Positions 59,238 through 64,000 of a stretch of 64,000 nt of DNA are shown here, in pieces. The stretch's first letter is position 1, and every line of letters starts with the position of its first letter. Under the pieces are notes generated by a model. It was not told the DNA's origin, did no database searches, and was given only the letters and a program-made list of their open reading frames with translations. The translations under genes and the position numbers were made by a program. Source of the stretch: an uncultured Candidatus Saccharibacteria bacterium (GTDB lineage: Bacteria > Patescibacteriota > Saccharimonadia > Saccharimonadales > Saccharimonadaceae); the NCBI GenBank assembly GCA_963518125.1, contig CAUQHW010000004.1:6790-70789 (forward strand), in the 5' to 3' direction.

Positions 59238-59731
59238 CCCCTATAGTAAATGATAAAAATGGTTATGTCAATAATTTTTGAGAAAAAATCTAGGTAAAAA
59301 ATACCACATAATTTAGAGGGTTAGTGAAGCAGTTTGATGAAAAATATAGGTTATTGCCGGACGAGGCGGTCGAACCCTAGCGGTTCCTAGTTGGTGCCCC
59401 GCACGGCCGGTGTTTTACCCGCGAGATGGCGAAGCGGGATACACCGAGGGCCTGGTTGTTTTGGTGTTTTATTTGTATAAGCGTTCAGCGAGCTGGATCA
59501 ATTACTAGATTATCTATTGGATTCATGATGTCGTATGGGGTGACCATGCAAGAACTATGGATTAGCGGACGGTATAGCAAGCATATGTTTATATTACAAT
59601 GTTGTGTATAAAACATTTTATAGAACGTAACAGATGAAAATATATAAAGATTATTACAAAAATGTTATAAATACAACATATTTTTTATGTGAAGTATTGA
59701 CCGATAAACATATACATGATAGTATTAGTGC

Positions 59732-60180
59732 AAGCTTTTAAGAAAATAAAAAGCAAAAATCAGTACAATAATAACAACATTAACAATTTACGTGACCGAA
59801 TTCACAGTAACGCATGTCGTTTGGCGTATAGTCGGCAGCAGTATGAAGCCGGAATAACAAAAGATTATTCCGCCATAGTGTTGCCGATGCTCCGCCGAAC
59901 TCGTGATTATTAACGTGTACGTGTAGTTAATAGTTGCGATGTAACGCGTTGAGCGCGCGTATAATTAGTACCACTGCGCATCCAGTTAATCCTTGTTAGG
60001 CGATTAGCAATGAGACTACTGGATGTGCGGGATGAGGAACGTTGCGCAAGGACATGCTCCGAAATTCGGAGCGGTCAGTTGCCCTGAGCGGCGGACTTTG
60101 AACAGGTGACCGCGCCCTAATAGTTATTGAGTGCGGCGGATGGTTCACTTGATCATATAATGGTTCGTCGCCTGGGCTCC
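59732..60180 (+). ncRNA. Candidate large structured ncRNA of unknown class
   Basis: TTGACC-N17-TAGTAT promoter; at least 8 helices with G-U pairs on the + strand; no credible ORF. Confidence 0.6.
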
Positions 60181-60204
60181 CTTAGTCTATGATATAGTGT
60201 GAGT

Positions 60205-60585
60205 ATGAAGTATCGGTATGTTGCTATGGTCGCGGCGCTGGCTGCGACGGCAGATGTCGTATTGGTGCACACGGTGACGCCAATGAGCGTTGGTCCGTTG
60301 GGCGTCCTAGCGTTTTTCGTGTGTCTGTATGTAGCAACTGCGTCGTGCTGTTATTTAGTGATGGTCGCGGCGCGGCGTGTAGCGATGCGTGTTGTTCGAC
60401 ATAATATGTATCGTGGCCTGGCTTCGGTAACGCCGTTGAAATTATATTATTATGCGAGTATTATCGGGCTGATACCGGTTATCTTGCTTGGTATGCAGTC
60501 AATTGGTGGTGTTACGGCGTGGGATGTCTTGCTCCTGATGCTTTTTTTGGGCCTTGGTTGTTTTTACATACACAAACGATTTTAG
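60205..60585 (+). CDS. Hypothetical membrane protein (about 4 TM)
   Basis: Hydrophobic ORF; TGaTATAGT 6 nt upstream of ATG. Confidence 0.75.
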   Translation: MKYRYVAMVAALAATADVVLVHTVTPMSVGPLGVLAFFVCLYVATASCCYLVMVAARRVAMRVVRHNMYRGLASVTPLKLYYYASIIGLIPVILLGMQSIGGVTAWDVLLLMLFLGLGCFYIHKRF

Positions 60586-60624
60586 AGCGTAGGAACTCTA
60601 TCGGTAACGTGGTACAATATAGGT

Positions 60625-61038
60625 ATGAATCCAGAGTTGCCTCAGGTGCGTCCATCGGTTGAGAGTTTACCGCCTGCTTCAAGCGGTGAGTTTCGGCTGG
60701 ATGGTGATGCAAATCAGGTAGAGGCTGAGAGACGTTCTGCCGAACGCCCAGCGGTAAATGTGGCGAACTCACCGATGCTAGCAACGGTACTACCGACCGT
60801 TCCGGTGCCGGCGCCTCCAGTGGTGCAGGCACCCGCGTCGACGACGACGTCAACTGACGATACGCCGCTGATAGCTGGTGATGATGATTTGATTGAAAAG
60901 GAGTGGGTTGACAAATTGAAACGGATTATTACCTTGACAAGGGATGATCCGTACGAGCGAGCACGGGTAATCGCGCAGTTGCAGGCTGATTATCTCAAAA
61001 AGAGATACAACAGGGAGATGGGCCAATCGAACGGATAG
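60625..61038 (+). CDS. Hypothetical protein (Pro-rich N-terminus, helical C-terminal domain)
   Basis: 137 aa, DLIEKEWV..DDPY..DYLKKRY; TGgTACAAT 6 nt upstream. Confidence 0.8.
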   Translation: MNPELPQVRPSVESLPPASSGEFRLDGDANQVEAERRSAERPAVNVANSPMLATVLPTVPVPAPPVVQAPASTTTSTDDTPLIAGDDDLIEKEWVDKLKRIITLTRDDPYERARVIAQLQADYLKKRYNREMGQSNG

Positions 61039-61042
61039 GAAT

Positions 61043-64000
61043 ATGGATAGCGGGCCGTTAATTACTGGTTTTATCGTCGTCGTAGTGTTGGCGATCGGCG
61101 TAACGATTGTTACACTGCAGTATCGCAAGATGCTACGTGAAGCAAAAAATTATGAGCGTGGGCTAAAAATGGTGCCGCTACTGATTCACTTGCCGCCATC
61201 AAGTGAAGATATTGATGGGGCGAGTCGTGACCAGCGTGATCTAACGGAAGAAATTCTCAGCCAGGCGCAAGTGATGTATAACATTATATCAAGTACGGCA
61301 ACGAAAGGATTTAAGAGTCGACTCTATGGGCAGCGCCATTTGTCGTTTGAGATTATTGCGCGTGGCGGTTTGGTGCATTATTATGCTGTCGTACCGACGG
61401 TGCTGGTTGATGTAATTCGCCAAGCGATTGCGGCAGCCTATCCGGCGGCACGGTTGGAGGAGGTGGCTGATACAAATGTGTTTAGTAAAATTGGCAAGAT
61501 GAGCGGGACAATTGGTGGTGAATTCTCGCTTCGTAAGTCATTCGTCTACCCTATCGCAACCTACCAAGAGTCAAAGCGAGATGCGTCGCGGGCGCTACTG
61601 AATGCCATGTCGGCGGCGACAAAAGACGATGGTATCGGCTTGCAGTTCTTGGTTCGGCCGGCACGGGAAGGCTGGTCGCGTGCCTCAGAAGAGCATGTTG
61701 AGAAAATGAAGAAGAACAAGGGCAAGAAATCAACGAAGGTGGCGGGCGTTGATATCTCAATGGTCGGGGACATTTTTGAGGCGTTGTGGAAACCACCACA
61801 GTCGGCAAAAGAAAAAGAAGGCGAGATCAAGCCCGAGGATAAACAGCTATCGTCACTAGAGCAGGCAGAGGTTGATGCCGTTAGCGAGAAGACGCGTTAT
61901 CCGGCGTATGAGGTATTGGTGCGGGTGGTAATTTCATCAAATACTGCCGCTCGTTCACAGGTGCTACTTAAAAATATTATCGCTGCGTTTGCGATGTTTG
62001 ACTCGCCACGCAATAACGGTTTTCGTTTTTCGCTGACAAATAATATTGAGGAAATGACTACGGCGTATATTATGCGGTTTTTCCCGCAGCATATTCGCAG
62101 TAATATCCTTAATAGTGTCGAGATGGCGACTCTGTTTCACTTGCCGAGCGCAACTGCCATTCCAACTTCACAGGTTAAGCGGCAGATGTCCAAGCAGGTT
62201 GATGGGCCGACTGATGTCTTGGACGAGGGACTATTGATTGGCTACAACGAATTTCGTGGTACGAAAAAGCCAATTCGTATCGGTACGAAAGATCGCCGTC
62301 GCCACGTTTACATCATCGGTCAGACTGGTGTTGGTAAGTCGGTATTGCAGGAAAATATGGCGTATCAAGACATGATGGATGGCCGAGGGTTTGCACTGAT
62401 CGATCCGCATGGTGATTTGGTCGAGTCGCTCATGGGGAAGGTGCCGAAAGAGCGAGTGGAAGATATTATCTATTTCAACCCCGCCGATATGGAAAACCCG
62501 ATTGGCCTTAATATGTTTGAATTCGACAGTCCAGATCAAAAGGACTTTCTGGTGCAGGAGGCGATTAACATGCTGTATGGGCTGTACGATCCGGGGCATA
62601 CCGGTATTGTGGGGCCACGGCTTGAGCATATTTTCCGTAACTGTGCGCTGCTATTAATGGCGGATCCGGCTGGCGGAACATTTATTGATGTACCAAAGTG
62701 TCTCATTGATCCAGAATTTGTGAAGAGCAAGCTGAAGTACGTCACTGATCCGCAGGTGATTGATTTCTGGACGAAGGAATTTCCGGCCTCACAGCGATCA
62801 AATGAGGCCGGTGAGGTGATATCGTGGGTGGTCTCGAAGTTTGGCCCATTTATCTCTAATGATTCGATGCGTAATATCATCGGTCAGACGAAGTCAGGCT
62901 TTAATATCCGTGAGATTATGGATAATAAGAAGATTCTGCTAGTTAATTTGTCGAAAGGTAAGCTTGGTGAGCTGAACGCTAAGCTACTAGGAATTATCTT
63001 TATCATGAAGTTTCAGGCGGCGGCTATGTCGCGGGCTGATATCCCGGAAGAGCAGCGTGAAGACTTTTCACTATATGTTGACGAGGTTCAGAACTTTGCG
63101 ACTGATAGTTTTGAATCAATTTTGTCTGAGGCGCGAAAATATAAGCTGAGTTTGATCATGGGTAACCAGTTTATGACGCAGCTGACGGAGAAGATTCGCG
63201 AGGCTATCATCGGTAACATTGGTACGGTTATCTCGGGGCGTATTGGTATCACCGACGCGGAATTGATGGTCAAGAAGTTTCAGCCGGTGTTTGATATTGA
63301 TGACTTATCAAAGCTACCAAATTTCCAGTCGATCGCTTCGGTGATGATCAATAATGTGCCGTCGGCGCCGTTTAGCATGAACTGGGTGCCACCGATGGGG
63401 CAGGTTAACAATCAGCTTCGCGATGCGTTGGTGCGACTATCGGCAGCAAAGTATGGCAAGCCACGCGCGGTGGTTGAGAAGGAGATATTTGAGCGGCTTG
63501 GTCGCAATAAAAAGCCAGCGGCTTTGTCGACTGGCCCATCACTCAATCGGCCGGCTACAAAGAGCGGTTCGTCTTTCCTGGACGAGTGGTTGTCAAAACG
63601 TCAACAACTTGGTGGTGGCAAGCCGGGGGCTATGGGCGCCGCCGCTCCGGGTGCGGGGCAGTCTCGGTTGGGTACGCTATCGCCACTAGCTTCGCAGCCG
63701 GGGCAGCCAGCTACGTCGCGATTAGTATCGCCGACTCCGGGCTTGGCGGGCACACAACCGCAGTCGGCTTCTATGCGGCCGCCACAGATTGGGCAAGGTG
63801 CTGCGCCACAAGGTATCGCTATGCCCGCCCAGACGGCTGGCCAGATGCCGCAGGGAGTTGGTGCTTCGTTGAACAGGCCATCGGGGCAGCCAGCGAGTGC
63901 GCCTCATGATAGTTTGCGATCGCCAGATCAGCATCCGGTGCCTGCGCCGACAGTGGCTGGCTCAGATGTGGCTGCGCAGACCGCGCCGCTATCAATTGCT
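61043..64000 (+). CDS. VirD4/TraD-like (type IV coupling / HerA-FtsK superfamily) ATPase; 3' end runs off the window
   Basis: Not in the ORF track. ATG 61043, N-terminal TM, HVYIIGQTGVGKS Walker A, DPHGD, LYVDEVQNF Walker B, EARKY; frame checked at start, Walker A and the 3' end, open to nt 64000. Confidence 0.88.
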   Translation, partial: MDSGPLITGFIVVVVLAIGVTIVTLQYRKMLREAKNYERGLKMVPLLIHLPPSSEDIDGASRDQRDLTEEILSQAQVMYNIISSTATKGFKSRLYGQRHLSFEIIARGGLVHYYAVVPTVLVDVIRQAIAAAYPAARLEEVADTNVFSKIGKMSGTIGGEFSLRKSFVYPIATYQESKRDASRALLNAMSAATKDDGIGLQFLVRPAREGWSRASEEHVEKMKKNKGKKSTKVAGVDISMVGDIFEALWKPPQSAKEKEGEIKPEDKQLSSLEQAEVDAVSEKTRYPAYEVLVRVVISSNTAARSQVLLKNIIAAFAMFDSPRNNGFRFSLTNNIEEMTTAYIMRFFPQHIRSNILNSVEMATLFHLPSATAIPTSQVKRQMSKQVDGPTDVLDEGLLIGYNEFRGTKKPIRIGTKDRRRHVYIIGQTGVGKSVLQENMAYQDMMDGRGFALIDPHGDLVESLMGKVPKERVEDIIYFNPADMENPIGLNMFEFDSPDQKDFLVQEAINMLYGLYDPGHTGIVGPRLEHIFRNCALLLMADPAGGTFIDVPKCLIDPEFVKSKLKYVTDPQVIDFWTKEFPASQRSNEAGEVISWVVSKFGPFISNDSMRNIIGQTKSGFNIREIMDNKKILLVNLSKGKLGELNAKLLGIIFIMKFQAAAMSRADIPEEQREDFSLYVDEVQNFATDSFESILSEARKYKLSLIMGNQFMTQLTEKIREAIIGNIGTVISGRIGITDAELMVKKFQPVFDIDDLSKLPNFQSIASVMINNVPSAPFSMNWVPPMGQVNNQLRDALVRLSAAKYGKPRAVVEKEIFERLGRNKKPAALSTGPSLNRPATKSGSSFLDEWLSKRQQLGGGKPGAMGAAAPGAGQSRLGTLSPLASQPGQPATSRLVSPTPGLAGTQPQSASMRPPQIGQGAAPQGIAMPAQTAGQMPQGVGASLNRPSGQPASAPHDSLRSPDQHPVPAPTVAGSDVAAQTAPLSIA

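Noticed and set aside
59208..59611. oriC suggested by two DnaA-box matches (TGTGTATAA at 59210 and 59603)
   Set aside because: Only two boxes, no dnaA/dnaN nearby and no switch in gene orientation bias
59716..59913. 65-aa ORF (MIVLVQ..NNNNINN..)
   Set aside because: Its ATG lies within the promoter upstream of the predicted +1, there is no RBS, and the region is better explained as structured RNA
1..64000. CRISPR array, transposase, prophage or retron/RT system
   Set aside because: No regularly spaced repeats and no cas, transposase, phage structural or reverse transcriptase motifs seen

Overview
This is core chromosome from a small-genome bacterium, most likely Saccharibacteria (TM7; CPR/Patescibacteria). 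That assignment is inferred from gene content: a CPR-style type IV pilus operon, a sortase, a VirD4/TraD-like ATPase and compact housekeeping genes read in the standard code. Housekeeping genes include rpoD (3' end), polA, mutM, holA, rpsT, truB, rpsO, pnp, rnj, ftsK, rpsF-ssb-rpsR, efp, ychF, a Xer recombinase, ndk, nrdR, thrS, miaA, rpmB, infC-rpmI-rplT and comM. There is a complete ~15.5 kb type IV pilus locus. RNA genes are three tRNAs, RNase P RNA, tmRNA and a probable short 6S RNA. No CRISPR array, transposase or prophage was seen. The most unusual signals are non-coding: (1) a promoter-driven, ~450-nt, heavily base-paired RNA of unknown class between tmRNA and the VirD4-like gene, with a second small RNA nearby; (2) a Thr T-box-like riboswitch with an ultrashort Stem I ahead of thrS; (3) a palindromic element inserted in frame inside mutM; (4) many apparently leaderless genes; (5) a shared TGCTTATG motif at pilus promoters. 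Two genes carry single-base frameshifts in homopolymers. All calls were made by eye; no searches or folding computations were run.
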